64,000 nucleotides of DNA from a virus, in IMG/VR virus record IMGVR_UViG_3300035698_011202, positions 8,232-72,231 of that record. One strand, 5' to 3'. Positions 31,723 to 41,626 of the stretch are shown here, piece after piece; the first letter of the stretch is position 1, and each line of letters opens with the position of its first letter. The notes below the pieces were generated by a model. The model ran no database searches. It saw only the letters and a list, made by a program, of their open reading frames with translations, and had not been told where the DNA came from. Made by a program: the position numbers and the translations under genes.

Positions 31723-32601
31723 ATGACCACATCAAACGTAGTAAATTCAGTAAACGTAGTAAATCCAGTAAAAGCTAACTTCGAATTTTTACTAAAAAAG
31801 GACAAAGAAATTCTGTTCAATAAAGTTGGTTTTGCCGTGACCCTAGTATGTAATGGGTTGGTTGATATAGGTCAAATTATTGACCATATCGATGCAAGAA
31901 ATGACGCGAATGGTATCGCTCAAATTGATTCTCAATGTGATGGATTTAGTCAGATTAAAGGTTTTGTGAAAGACTTCACAAAAAAGCTAGTTGAGTTGGA
32001 ATTTTTACCAAAAAGTCACTTGAATATTGGCGAATGTAAACCCGCTCAGTTCACTGCTTATGGTAAATTCTTGCTTGCTGGCGGCACAAAAGACGCGTTT
32101 ATTAAAAAGTTATCGGCTATGAATGGCGATTACGAACGCGCTGCTAAGTGGAATACTTTGTTAAATTCGTTCCCAACGCTAGCCGGTTTTGAAGGCGCTG
32201 AAGGTCAACCGCCAGTGCTACCTGCTGAAGTCTTAGCATTAGCCGAAAACTTAGAGCGCGACCATGCCGATGCGCTGAATATCAACGCGATTTTAATCGC
32301 TAACGATAATGCTAAGTTTGATGCCGCATTGGCCATTGTGAATGCTCGGACCAACGCCATAGAAGCTGCTAAGCAGTCGCTAATTGATGCCGAAGCTTTA
32401 CCGCTAACAGGTGGGGACTCCCCACTAGAAGCGCCAACCGAAGTGCTAACAGGTGAGCGATTGACCGAAGTGCTAGAAGCCGTGAACAATAAAGTCTTAA
32501 CTAATATTGAGCTGTTAATGAATGATTACATCGATGCTAGTTTTGATGCGGTTCAAAAGGCAAAAGTTAGAAAAATGATGATTGCATTTGCCCAATCGTA
32601 A
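31723..32601 (+). CDS. Hypothetical protein, first gene of the early arm
   Basis: Long ORF with ATG at 31723 after AAGG, followed by a terminator. Confidence 0.8.
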   Translation: MTTSNVVNSVNVVNPVKANFEFLLKKDKEILFNKVGFAVTLVCNGLVDIGQIIDHIDARNDANGIAQIDSQCDGFSQIKGFVKDFTKKLVELEFLPKSHLNIGECKPAQFTAYGKFLLAGGTKDAFIKKLSAMNGDYERAAKWNTLLNSFPTLAGFEGAEGQPPVLPAEVLALAENLERDHADALNINAILIANDNAKFDAALAIVNARTNAIEAAKQSLIDAEALPLTGGDSPLEAPTEVLTGERLTEVLEAVNNKVLTNIELLMNDYIDASFDAVQKAKVRKMMIAFAQS

Positions 32602-32619
32602 AAACAAATAACCATCCAG

Positions 32620-32644
32620 AACCCGCTGACAAGCGGGTTTTGTT
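32620..32644 (+). terminator. Intrinsic terminator
   Basis: AACCCGCT-GACA-AGCGGGTT followed by TTGTT. Confidence 0.7.
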
Positions 32645-32853
32645 CTCGCGTGACGCATGACGCATGACGCGTGACTCCCCTTGTACCATTTACTGCCCAC
32701 CGCTAGGCGCTCACAGTGAGCGCCTTGCTGTGAGCTGTGTATTTTGCTGGGAATAGTAAAACGCGAGACAAAAAAACTGGGGCATTTTTGGCCCTATATA
32801 TCGCGGGAAATTTAATTAACTAACGGTGGGGACTCCCCACTAGGAATATAAAA

Positions 32854-33345
32854 ATGTCTACTTTACAAGCTAAGCAAATCCTTAAACTAAAAAGCCTTGT
32901 AGCTAAGGGTACAGCGTTGTACCAGTTGCACAAAAGCACAACGTTCTTGAAAGGGAGCTACGACAATGAAGATGGGATATGCGTCGTTGTCCTGCCTATG
33001 AAGTGCGATAACGACAACAACTATTATGACATGATAGGTGAAAAGCTCACCTGTGATATGGACTTTCCCGAAGATGGAATAGCCGTTTCCATGTCTGGCG
33101 ACGCTAAAGAGCATTATGAATATGTCACTAGCGAGTGGGTTATCTACCCCCTCATAGCCGAGTTAGGGCTTGTAAAAAGAGTAGATGAAGATGGGAGGCT
33201 ACACATCGATATACCCAAACTAGACGCGATACCAAGGTTTATGACCGGTGAATTAAACCTTCAAAATTTTAAGGGTAAGACCGTAGCATTTTGTCAGGCC
33301 AGTGGCTTGAGCATTTTGGAAACAGACCTAGCGTTAACCGCTTAA
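32854..33345 (+). CDS. Hypothetical protein
   Basis: 163 aa with AGGA RBS, directly after a palindrome copy. Confidence 0.8.
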   Translation: MSTLQAKQILKLKSLVAKGTALYQLHKSTTFLKGSYDNEDGICVVVLPMKCDNDNNYYDMIGEKLTCDMDFPEDGIAVSMSGDAKEHYEYVTSEWVIYPLIAELGLVKRVDEDGRLHIDIPKLDAIPRFMTGELNLQNFKGKTVAFCQASGLSILETDLALTA

Positions 33346-33393
33346 TTTAATTAACTAACAGTGCGGACTCCGCACTAACAATTGGAATTGACG

Positions 33394-33576
33394 ATGGAAA
33401 CAATAGTATTAGTAATACTTGTACTAATCACCTTTTGGCTTGCCCTAATGGTCATTAAAATTACCCTTAACGCTGCTTTATCGTACAAAAAACGGGTCAC
33501 AATTCGCAGAAAGATGTTCATAGCGCGAAAAAAAGCGCGTGAAAAATATTTTAAGCACCTGTTTTTGCGCGATTAA
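33394..33576 (+). CDS. Small membrane protein
   Basis: N-terminal hydrophobic helix, basic tail, start motif present. Confidence 0.7.
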   Translation: METIVLVILVLITFWLALMVIKITLNAALSYKKRVTIRRKMFIARKKAREKYFKHLFLRD

Positions 33577-33708
33577 GGTGGACGGGGGGGATAAAAACGC
33601 AGTGCAATTTCACCCCCAAAGTCAACGCGCACTGCTCACCGCTAACATGAATAAGCTCACCGCTAACATTCACTTTTTACTTAAATCTTCACAAAAGGGT
33701 CTACCACA

Positions 33709-33954
33709 ATGTCCATATTTTCAATAATCGCCAACACGTTTAGCGTCAACAAAACGATGTTATCTGCCTCAGAAATGCAATTACTGGCATCTATAAATGC
33801 GTCTGCCCGTACATTAAAAGCGCAATTAGAGGCCAAAAAATTGGGCGCTCAGCGTGCAAAAGTCCAAGTAAAAGACTGCTACCGTAGCAATAAAACCCTG
33901 TTACGGACTCCTATTAGTACAAAAATTGCACGAAAAGCCCCTATTAATCTATAG
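33709..33954 (+). CDS. Hypothetical basic protein
   Basis: 81-aa ORF with AAGGG upstream. Confidence 0.55.
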   Translation: MSIFSIIANTFSVNKTMLSASEMQLLASINASARTLKAQLEAKKLGAQRAKVQVKDCYRSNKTLLRTPISTKIARKAPINL

Positions 33955-34497
33955 CTTTGCGGGCTAGGGTAAATTAGTAGGTTAGTAGCCACTATCGCTT
34001 TATGCCGTCATATGTCGGGTCTTGAGAAGAATAAAGTGTACAGAATCAAAAATAGCAGACATTTTTCTTATTAAAAACATTATGTATTAATTAGAAATAT
34101 GAGTGTGATCTAAAAAAGAGCCATCAAAAAAAGAGCCTACAATTTAGTTCCTAAGCGTGACCGCACGAAAGTCCTCAGGCGACATCCGACAGCTAAGAGT
34201 CCAAACGCGCCAACGTCATTGCTGGGCGATTTGACTTTTGCTCCTGTATCGCTCGGTGTTGATATATAATTTTATAGATATACCAATGCTTAGGTTGATG
34301 CTCGAACGTGTCACCTTGCTATGTTTGCTTTCGTATTTCGGGTATTGTGTCTGCTTAGTTTGCCCGTAGGGTATGAAGGTATTAAAAAGCTTGCAATATA
34401 TTATTCTTTGATCGAATAATACTCACAGTAAATCGGGGATTAAGACCTGATTACTATTTTATAGATGGGGACTCCCCACTAACAATTGGAATTGACG

Positions 34498-35028
34498 ATG
34501 ACAAACACGACATTTGTATGCTCTCAACGAGCGACGCAGAAAGAGATTTCTGAGATTCGCCTTCAAGTATTCACATTGGGTAATCGCCTAAATAATTATC
34601 GCATAAATAATGCGGTGCGAGTTCGTGCTGCGTTGGGCGATTTGTTGCTTGCCTCCATACGCCGTGAGGCTGAGCTGACGGCGTTATTATCCTTCCTTAA
34701 TACGACGTGTCGTATTCTCAATAAAAAGCCCATAACACCTCACTGTGAGGTTATTACAAGCGATTTAGACGATGCGGTGGGTAACATCATTGGATTTAAG
34801 AACGATGGCAAGGGTTTCGCCATCATTCCTACATTTAGGGAGTTGGGCGCGGTGTTTGTTCCGACTCAATATAAAGTGACGTTGTTGCGTAACACTGATT
34901 TCGAAAAGCTTTACATTGTAATGCTAAACGACGAGCTAAAGGCTGACTTTCTAGGCCGCCAGCAGCTTGTTCAAGAGCATAACGCCCTAGTATTGAGGCA
35001 TACCCACCTTATGTGCCTCTTAGCTTAA
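34498..35028 (+). CDS. Hypothetical protein
   Basis: Palindrome and start motif upstream. Confidence 0.8.
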   Translation: MTNTTFVCSQRATQKEISEIRLQVFTLGNRLNNYRINNAVRVRAALGDLLLASIRREAELTALLSFLNTTCRILNKKPITPHCEVITSDLDDAVGNIIGFKNDGKGFAIIPTFRELGAVFVPTQYKVTLLRNTDFEKLYIVMLNDELKADFLGRQQLVQEHNALVLRHTHLMCLLA

Positions 35029-35196
35029 CAGCGAGCGAGTGGGGAGTCCCCACTCAAAACTTAAATTAACTTGAAAATTGGAAATTGACGATGAAAAATA
35101 CTTCGGTATCAAATCTAACCTGTCCTCAGGTGTTCAACTAATGGCGGTCGCTACGTTCGACACTCAGCGAGAATTAGCTTCTTGGGTGAATAGTTT

Positions 35197-35565
35197 ATGA
35201 CTGTTCTGATAGGTGAAATGCTGACCCGTGAGCAGTGTTGGCTTGAATATCATGCAAACCGTGATTTTGAGGCAAGTTACGATGCTTTTGAAATGGGTTA
35301 TCACTCTGTGCTGGGTCAAAACACCTGTTCGTGGGCTATTCACATTGATGAAATGTCACGCGGTCTTTGTGATATTTCACGGGAAGAAGCCTTCGACTTA
35401 ATGGAGGCGCATGAGTGTGAAATCCAGCGAGAATATGACCGTTATGCCCCGCCTGAAGAAACTGAAGAAGAAGCTCAGGCTTACTTCGAGTTTCACCATC
35501 TAAAGCCTGTGACAGCTCCATACTGGCAAGTGTGTGTGGCTAAAATAGACGCGGCTTTAGCTTAG
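35197..35565 (+). CDS. Hypothetical acidic protein
   Basis: 122-aa ORF ending just before a palindrome copy. Confidence 0.75.
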   Translation: MTVLIGEMLTREQCWLEYHANRDFEASYDAFEMGYHSVLGQNTCSWAIHIDEMSRGLCDISREEAFDLMEAHECEIQREYDRYAPPEETEEEAQAYFEFHHLKPVTAPYWQVCVAKIDAALA

Positions 35566-35585
35566 AATCGGTGGGGACTCCCCAC

Positions 35586-35754
35586 CAATAAAACGGTGTG
35601 ACACCTGTAAAATTGATGACCAATAAAACGGTGTGACACCTGTAAAATTGACGATGAGAAAACAGTGTGACACCTAATAGTGTGACACCTATCAAATTGA
35701 CGATGTGAACAAACAGCAAGGTTTTTGCCTTGCACTCCAATTAAATTGACGAAG
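35586..35754 (+). repeat. Composite repeat: 4 x GTGTGACACCT interleaved with AAATTGA(C)GATG-like units
   Basis: (G/A)GTGTGACACC at 35595, 35630, 35664 and 35679. TTGACGATG at 35648 and 35697, variants near 35613 and 35746. Confidence 0.9.
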
Positions 35755-35762
35755 AGATAATT

Positions 35763-37466
35763 ATGACTGTTATTGCTATGAGTAAAATCGAAGTACAAGC
35801 CCACTTTGCAGATAAAATGGACAATTGCCATCCTTTGGTTGCCGATGCGATTAACAATTGCGTTGGCGGGTTGCAAATCCGATCCGTGTTCAAGCCTGAA
35901 TTAAACAGAGAGGCGTTACAATCCAAAGTACAGGTAGCTTTGAGAAAGTTGGCTGCCCACCCTATAGGTGAGCGTAAAAAGGGTCGTATCTTGGGTGAGG
36001 GCAGCAGCATGGATTTTAGATTACACCTAAGTATTCATCAAGATACCCCTTATATGGTGAGTAATATCAACGAGATTTGGGTCAACTATATGGTCACGGG
36101 TGACATGCCTGCTGAGCGGTCTGTGGGCAGTAAGTTAATGCACAAGGGTCGTGTGCCCATTTCTAAAGTAGTGTCTGATTTCAGTGATGGCTTGTGCGGT
36201 ATATTTCGCAACCAAGACCAAACGGTCAAGGACTTTATTGCTGAGATTAACCAGTTGGTAAGTTCCAATATATTTGTGATGACTAAAAGTAAGCTCAAGC
36301 ATCACTATCAAACGTTTGCAAAAACTAAAAATACGACCTCTTGCATGTCAAAGCCTGACGAACAATATGAGATGGGTGGTGGTCACCCTATCGATTGTTA
36401 TGAACAAAGCCCAAATATGGCATTAGGTCTAATGATTAGGCCCGATGCGACTTTTTCTGAGGACCATTATAGTTTTGCGGGTCGCATGTTTTTCTTGCAT
36501 AACCTTGAGGGCAAGTTTGTCGGACGTTCCTCGTTTTACGGCAACGAATCTCAAAAAAGGTTCATCATTGACCAACTCAATGACAGTGGTATCGACAACA
36601 CGCTTTACGGCGGTTTGCTGAACGTTATCACTAACCACGATAACGAGTTGATGGTGCCATATATCGATGTATGCCATCAGCCCCATCGTGACCCTCAATC
36701 AAATAGATTGCATTGGCTAGCTGACTTGACTGAATTGCAGGACAATAATTGTATGCACTTAATCGACCAGCAAATGTGGTTGGAAAAAGGTAAAAAGTAC
36801 CTTTTTATTGGTGAGCCTGAGTATTGTGGTAATGAGCAGTATTTTCATGGAGAGGCCAGTGACCAAGGCCGCAAAGTATGCCGTTTAGTGGACGTAGACG
36901 ACGCGCAGCGGTCATGGACTGATTTATCAAAGGGTGTGGTCCTGATATATGTACCAAGCCGTGACGAGTCGTATCCAGAGGACGAAGTGGTTTATTCCGA
37001 CTATTCAGACAGCTATATACACGAGGACGATGTAGTTCACTTAGTAACAGGCGAGATAATGCACGAAGATGACGAAGGTAACGAGTATGTCCAATGCGAT
37101 GACAGCGGCGATAACATTCGCATAGATAGGGCAATTCGCTCTGATTACCACGACCGGTGGTATCGAAAGGATTTGCATGGCGATATTCTTAGTTATTGCT
37201 CAGAAGAAGATGACTATTACTTAGACCACGAAGAAGATAACTTTATGGAGTATCACGGCTACGTTCAGGTTGTTGATATTTACGGTGATAAGGAATGGTC
37301 TAAAAACGCGGTGTTTTCTGAGTTTAGAGGTGCCCATCTTGACGGCGATAGCGCCATTTCCACACCCACCAATGATTATATCTATTCAGAAGATGTAATC
37401 GAGTGGTTAGAGGCCAATGATTCGTACGAGTACGAGTTTGGTGAATTTACAGAAAAAGCAGCATAG
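35763..37466 (+). CDS. Hypothetical protein with SCM/YG/PYID motifs and an acidic Tyr/Asp-rich repeat C-terminus
   Basis: 567 aa. Apparent paralogue of the next gene. Confidence 0.8.
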   Translation: MTVIAMSKIEVQAHFADKMDNCHPLVADAINNCVGGLQIRSVFKPELNREALQSKVQVALRKLAAHPIGERKKGRILGEGSSMDFRLHLSIHQDTPYMVSNINEIWVNYMVTGDMPAERSVGSKLMHKGRVPISKVVSDFSDGLCGIFRNQDQTVKDFIAEINQLVSSNIFVMTKSKLKHHYQTFAKTKNTTSCMSKPDEQYEMGGGHPIDCYEQSPNMALGLMIRPDATFSEDHYSFAGRMFFLHNLEGKFVGRSSFYGNESQKRFIIDQLNDSGIDNTLYGGLLNVITNHDNELMVPYIDVCHQPHRDPQSNRLHWLADLTELQDNNCMHLIDQQMWLEKGKKYLFIGEPEYCGNEQYFHGEASDQGRKVCRLVDVDDAQRSWTDLSKGVVLIYVPSRDESYPEDEVVYSDYSDSYIHEDDVVHLVTGEIMHEDDEGNEYVQCDDSGDNIRIDRAIRSDYHDRWYRKDLHGDILSYCSEEDDYYLDHEEDNFMEYHGYVQVVDIYGDKEWSKNAVFSEFRGAHLDGDSAISTPTNDYIYSEDVIEWLEANDSYEYEFGEFTEKAA

Positions 37467-37477
37467 GAAAATTGACG

Positions 37478-38980
37478 ATGAGTTATACAAGTAAGACCTT
37501 TAACCAATTACAGGCTTCAGTTTTGAAGTCTATGGATGATTTAAATCTAGCACCTATAGAAATACTTTCGTTGACGAAGAACGCAGCTATGAATGCTGCC
37601 CAGCGTTACGCAGAAAAGTATTTGGAGGTATCGCTACGTCAAGGCGATCCTTCTCAGATGAAGCGGCTCCGAGCGTTTATGGATTCAGCTGGAAACTGTT
37701 GTTATGACTTCAATATAGTGGGGAGTCCCCACTCAGAAGAGGATGGTGAGTATCGGTTCACTTATAGCGTTGATTTTGACCGTCAGGACGGCCTGTACCT
37801 GCAAAAACGCTCAAAGCGAGGTGTCAGCCTTGGTCGAGTACTTGGTGACTTTGACGACGGCCTGATGCTCAATCTTCAATTCGATGGCGATACGTATATT
37901 CGCAGCTATCACGAGGTAGAAGCATTAAAAACTGAGGGTATGCCCCAAAGCGAGTTGATCAAGTACTTTGTCAACAAATTCAAAGCACAATCAAAAAATG
38001 CTTTTGTGTATTTCACAGACGTTAACATCGACCAACATTACAAATCTTTGTCTCAAGTGCGTGACTTAGATACCTGTTTGAGTCGTAAAAACTCACACTA
38101 CCATCGCAAGGTCAATGGCACCTATTACCACCCATTGCGAACATTAAACAAGTCGCCAAATGTCCGATTGGCTTTACTATCCAACACTCATCACAGCGAG
38201 TGGGAGGACGGCCAGTACCCCTTTGTGGGTCGTTGTTTAGTCAAGATGGACGAGCTAGGTAAGGTCACGGGTCTATCTCGTTACTATGGTCACGAAAAGT
38301 TCAGTCGTGATTCGCTAAGTCAAGCGTTTAACACTAGAGAAGGAGTGCAAGGCGGGGTATTTAAGGCGGTATATGATGACGAAAACGAATTGATTTTGTT
38401 TTTTGCTGACCAACTAACCTCAGATTCTGAAGAGAAAAATGCGGTTTCGTGGATAGATAATCCTAGTCCTAGATGGTTCGATATTCATGTAGGCCGCGAG
38501 TTTTCGTCCCTCAAGAATCGCAAAGATTTACTGGTAATGGGTAATACCAATCGCAGTTTTGGGGTCACGCCCAGCTTCGATGGCAGGGAAGTGACTACTT
38601 GTAGCAATGCTAAGTATGTGCGTAACGACAGACCTAAGCCCGATAAGTATAGCGACTACGTTTATAGCCTTGAGTATGGCGTAATCAGGGCCAGTAACTA
38701 CGATTTGACGTTCAATATTGCGCTAAACGACTTTGTAGTAGACGGCGACATACTACACCGCTCAAATACGGGGGATGGCATTACGCATTATCACGTAGAG
38801 AAAAACTTGTACGTACAAACTATCTTTCACGATTGGGTGTTACGTGACGAAGTGATACTTTTCTTTGTCGCATATAGCAGTTGCTATGTCCCGATAGATA
38901 ATGACCTTGGCATCATATACGGTCAAGAAATGGGCACACGAGAACTTGAAGAATTAATAGCTGACACGATTGCAGCATAG
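37478..38980 (+). CDS. Hypothetical protein, paralogue of 35763-37466
   Basis: Collinear blocks TCLSR/SCMSK, SPNVRLAL/SPNMALGL, YYGHE/FYGNE, DENELI/HDNELM. Confidence 0.8.
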   Translation: MSYTSKTFNQLQASVLKSMDDLNLAPIEILSLTKNAAMNAAQRYAEKYLEVSLRQGDPSQMKRLRAFMDSAGNCCYDFNIVGSPHSEEDGEYRFTYSVDFDRQDGLYLQKRSKRGVSLGRVLGDFDDGLMLNLQFDGDTYIRSYHEVEALKTEGMPQSELIKYFVNKFKAQSKNAFVYFTDVNIDQHYKSLSQVRDLDTCLSRKNSHYHRKVNGTYYHPLRTLNKSPNVRLALLSNTHHSEWEDGQYPFVGRCLVKMDELGKVTGLSRYYGHEKFSRDSLSQAFNTREGVQGGVFKAVYDDENELILFFADQLTSDSEEKNAVSWIDNPSPRWFDIHVGREFSSLKNRKDLLVMGNTNRSFGVTPSFDGREVTTCSNAKYVRNDRPKPDKYSDYVYSLEYGVIRASNYDLTFNIALNDFVVDGDILHRSNTGDGITHYHVEKNLYVQTIFHDWVLRDEVILFFVAYSSCYVPIDNDLGIIYGQEMGTRELEELIADTIAA

Positions 38981-38991
38981 GAAAATTGACG

Positions 38992-40371
38992 ATGACATTT
39001 AAAACAGAATTAAAATTGATTGCTAACGAATCCAAGGTATTTCACAACACGGACGCTTTTTTACCCAGTGTGATATTGCCACAGATATGCCGCCATATCC
39101 GAGGCCATAACAGTGTTGGCGAAAAGAATTTCCTTAAAAACTGGCTTGAGCCAGCGTTCAAGAAGCTTGGCCTTGAGTTCACCAACGATGCCTTTGGTAA
39201 CTATTACGTGCAAATAAAAGGCCCGCAAATGGAGCGAGTGCTGCACGTAGGCCACTTAGATACGGTCAGTAGTGCCAGTAATCTCAAGAAATACCAGAAA
39301 GTAATTATCGACAAAGATAACTTTATGACGCTAGACCATGCTCACTATGCAAGTCTCAAAGGGGCTGATGCTTCTATGGGTGTGCTTGGCGCTGATGACG
39401 GCTCGGCTATCGCTGTAATGTTGTATTTGATGGCTAACGGAGTATCGGGCTGTTTTTTACTAACCAAAGCAGAAGAAATTGGATGCCTTGGTGCAAACTA
39501 CATCGTAAAAAATCACCCTGAGTTCTTAGAAAAGTTCGATATTGCGCTAGAAGTTGACCGAGCAGACACCTTCGAGCTTATCGCTGAGCAAAGTACAGGT
39601 AAGTGCGCCAGCCGTGGATTTACAAAAACACTAGCGGATGCAATCGGCATGAAGCACGAGCATTCGGATGGAGGAATTATTACTGACCTTGGGAATTTTA
39701 ATAACCTAATCAAAGAGGGAATTAACATAGCCGCTGGCTATTTATTTCAGCATTCCAGTGATGAGATTCAAGACATGCTTTACATTGAGATATTAGCTAA
39801 GCAGATGGCTAAGCTAGATTATGGCTCGTTGGTTGTATCCCGAAAAGTCACTGATTTAGGTGACACAGGTTGGGGTAACTATGGGGGTTATGGTGGTGGT
39901 TACAGTCGCTCCAAAAGCAGCTCAGGATTACACAAAAACTCTGGGTACAGGTACGACGATTATGAAGATTACGATTACGATGGTTTTTTCTCTTCTAAAC
40001 AGAAAAGCAAGACTGAGGATGTTAAAGGTATTTGCCCTGCGTTGCTGCAAAAAGACCCTGCGTTAGAAACAGGGTTGAGCATAGATGACTTGACTTATGA
40101 CGAGAAAACCGACCTGTACCAGAACCTTTCAGATTCTGATTGGTATTTTATGCTCAACGCTGATGCGAGGCGCGAGCTGATGCGTTTCGAATATCCAATT
40201 ATAACGGGTGTTACGTGTGACAAATTACCCTATGCCGAACTCGTTGACTTTATTGCGTCAGACCCAGAGGCATTTGCTAACTATTTCATAGACCAAAAGC
40301 TCGACCTAGCGGTAGTTGGCGCGGATGATTATTTGCAAGATATTAACGATATATACGAAGGAAAATTATAA
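38992..40371 (+). CDS. M28/M20-like zinc metallopeptidase
   Basis: HLDTV, GADDG, EEIG, EVDR and a late His metal-ligand motif. Confidence 0.85.
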   Translation: MTFKTELKLIANESKVFHNTDAFLPSVILPQICRHIRGHNSVGEKNFLKNWLEPAFKKLGLEFTNDAFGNYYVQIKGPQMERVLHVGHLDTVSSASNLKKYQKVIIDKDNFMTLDHAHYASLKGADASMGVLGADDGSAIAVMLYLMANGVSGCFLLTKAEEIGCLGANYIVKNHPEFLEKFDIALEVDRADTFELIAEQSTGKCASRGFTKTLADAIGMKHEHSDGGIITDLGNFNNLIKEGINIAAGYLFQHSSDEIQDMLYIEILAKQMAKLDYGSLVVSRKVTDLGDTGWGNYGGYGGGYSRSKSSSGLHKNSGYRYDDYEDYDYDGFFSSKQKSKTEDVKGICPALLQKDPALETGLSIDDLTYDEKTDLYQNLSDSDWYFMLNADARRELMRFEYPIITGVTCDKLPYAELVDFIASDPEAFANYFIDQKLDLAVVGADDYLQDINDIYEGKL

Positions 40372-40619
40372 TGAGTAAATGTTCTAAGAAAGAAGGATGT
40401 AATTTGTTTTTCAACGGCGTGTGTCAGGCGCTTTGTGGTCAGCCACAAGACATTTTTGTGGCTGAGTTTAATAGAGCCAAAAAAACGGTGGCAGCGCCAG
40501 TGACGGGTGCTGGATTGTCAAGTACCGCGAACTGGTACAAGCCCAAGCCAGCCGTGGTCTATAAGCCGCGCCATGTCACTGCCAGTATCCGTACAAGACG
40601 CGACTATTTACCTGTATAA
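40371..40619 (+). CDS. Hypothetical protein with Cys-rich N-terminus
   Basis: TAATG overlap with the peptidase gene. Confidence 0.65.
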   Translation: MSKCSKKEGCNLFFNGVCQALCGQPQDIFVAEFNRAKKTVAAPVTGAGLSSTANWYKPKPAVVYKPRHVTASIRTRRDYLPV

Positions 40620-40666
40620 TTAACTAACTGAGTGGGGAGTCCCCACTCAAAAACTAGGAATTGACG

Positions 40667-40918
40667 ATGAAACTAAATCACACCACTCCTGCTGTTGGTA
40701 GAAAATCCACGCGTGAAAATAAAGGTAGCACTCAGCTTTTTTTAGTGTTGTTTACTAATTTTAATGGGATGAAAACCCAAGAAATTGTCAAAGCTTTTAG
40801 TTTTGACGAGCTACATTCTTGGATTGAGAAGTTCAAAGCGGATTATGGCCCCCGTATGACTCATAGTATCCAACATATTAACAAAGCGCGTATAGCTGAC
40901 AAAATAAATATTGCTTAA
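40667..40918 (+). CDS. Hypothetical protein
   Basis: Palindrome and start motif upstream. Confidence 0.75.
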   Translation: MKLNHTTPAVGRKSTRENKGSTQLFLVLFTNFNGMKTQEIVKAFSFDELHSWIEKFKADYGPRMTHSIQHINKARIADKINIA

Positions 40919-40949
40919 ATTAACACCACTCAAAAACTAGGAATTGACG

Positions 40950-41453
40950 ATGACATTAGCAGAACAAATATTAGATAGACTTTTCTCTTTAGACGAGCAG
41001 CAAAAGCAAATCCTCGAATTAATTAAGAACTTACCAGCGTCTAGGGACGCTGCATTTGAAGCTGAATTACAAGCGATAGTCGAGCCTACGGTTTTACCGC
41101 TTATTGAGTTACCTGTGACGTTGCATGAAGCACCTGTGGCTCTTAAAAACTCCCGGCTACTTTTGAGCGACATGACTAAAGGCACTAACGCCGCACTTGG
41201 CTTGCGATTGCTAAAAAAACACCCTGAAGTATTGGGTAGGATTATAAGGTTGCGTAGAGAAGGCTACTTGAACGATGACGTCTTTGAGTTTCTTAGCTCT
41301 GATTTTATAAATATTCACAAGGAATATCATATTGGAGCCATTATCACAGCGGCAACTCAGGTCAGGTTCATGGTAGGACAGACCAAAAACCTAAAAGCCA
41401 CGGCTGCTTATAGGCGCTTCATCAAAGATTGTGAAGCGGGTATTAAAGTATGA
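40950..41453 (+). CDS. Hypothetical protein
   Basis: Start motif upstream. Confidence 0.75.
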   Translation: MTLAEQILDRLFSLDEQQKQILELIKNLPASRDAAFEAELQAIVEPTVLPLIELPVTLHEAPVALKNSRLLLSDMTKGTNAALGLRLLKKHPEVLGRIIRLRREGYLNDDVFEFLSSDFINIHKEYHIGAIITAATQVRFMVGQTKNLKATAAYRRFIKDCEAGIKV

Positions 41454-41626
41454 GGCCCAAGTACGCGTTCACAGAAGAAGAGAAGGTGCATATCTTCAAG
41501 CTGCGTCGTGAAGGAACTTTTGCAGATGTGGTTGCCGCGTATCCTAAAAAAAGCCTAGTGAGTATTAAGCGGTTGATTATGCGAATGGGCTTGTCTTCCA
41601 CCGATTCACCAAGGACATATTCATGA
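41450..41626 (+). CDS. Small protein, possibly HTH-like (58 aa, below the ORF-track cutoff)
   Basis: MRPKYAFTEEEKVHIFKLRREG..., with ATGA overlaps at both ends. Confidence 0.6.
   Translation: MRPKYAFTEEEKVHIFKLRREGTFADVVAAYPKKSLVSIKRLIMRMGLSSTDSPRTYS

Noticed and set aside
35586-35754. CRISPR or mini-array
   Set aside because: Repeats are short and irregularly spaced, and the intervening sequences are themselves repeated.
37460-37480. TGA within TTGACGATG as a stop-start coupling signal
   Set aside because: Upstream genes end at their own earlier stop codons (for example TAG at 37464-37466), not at this TGA.
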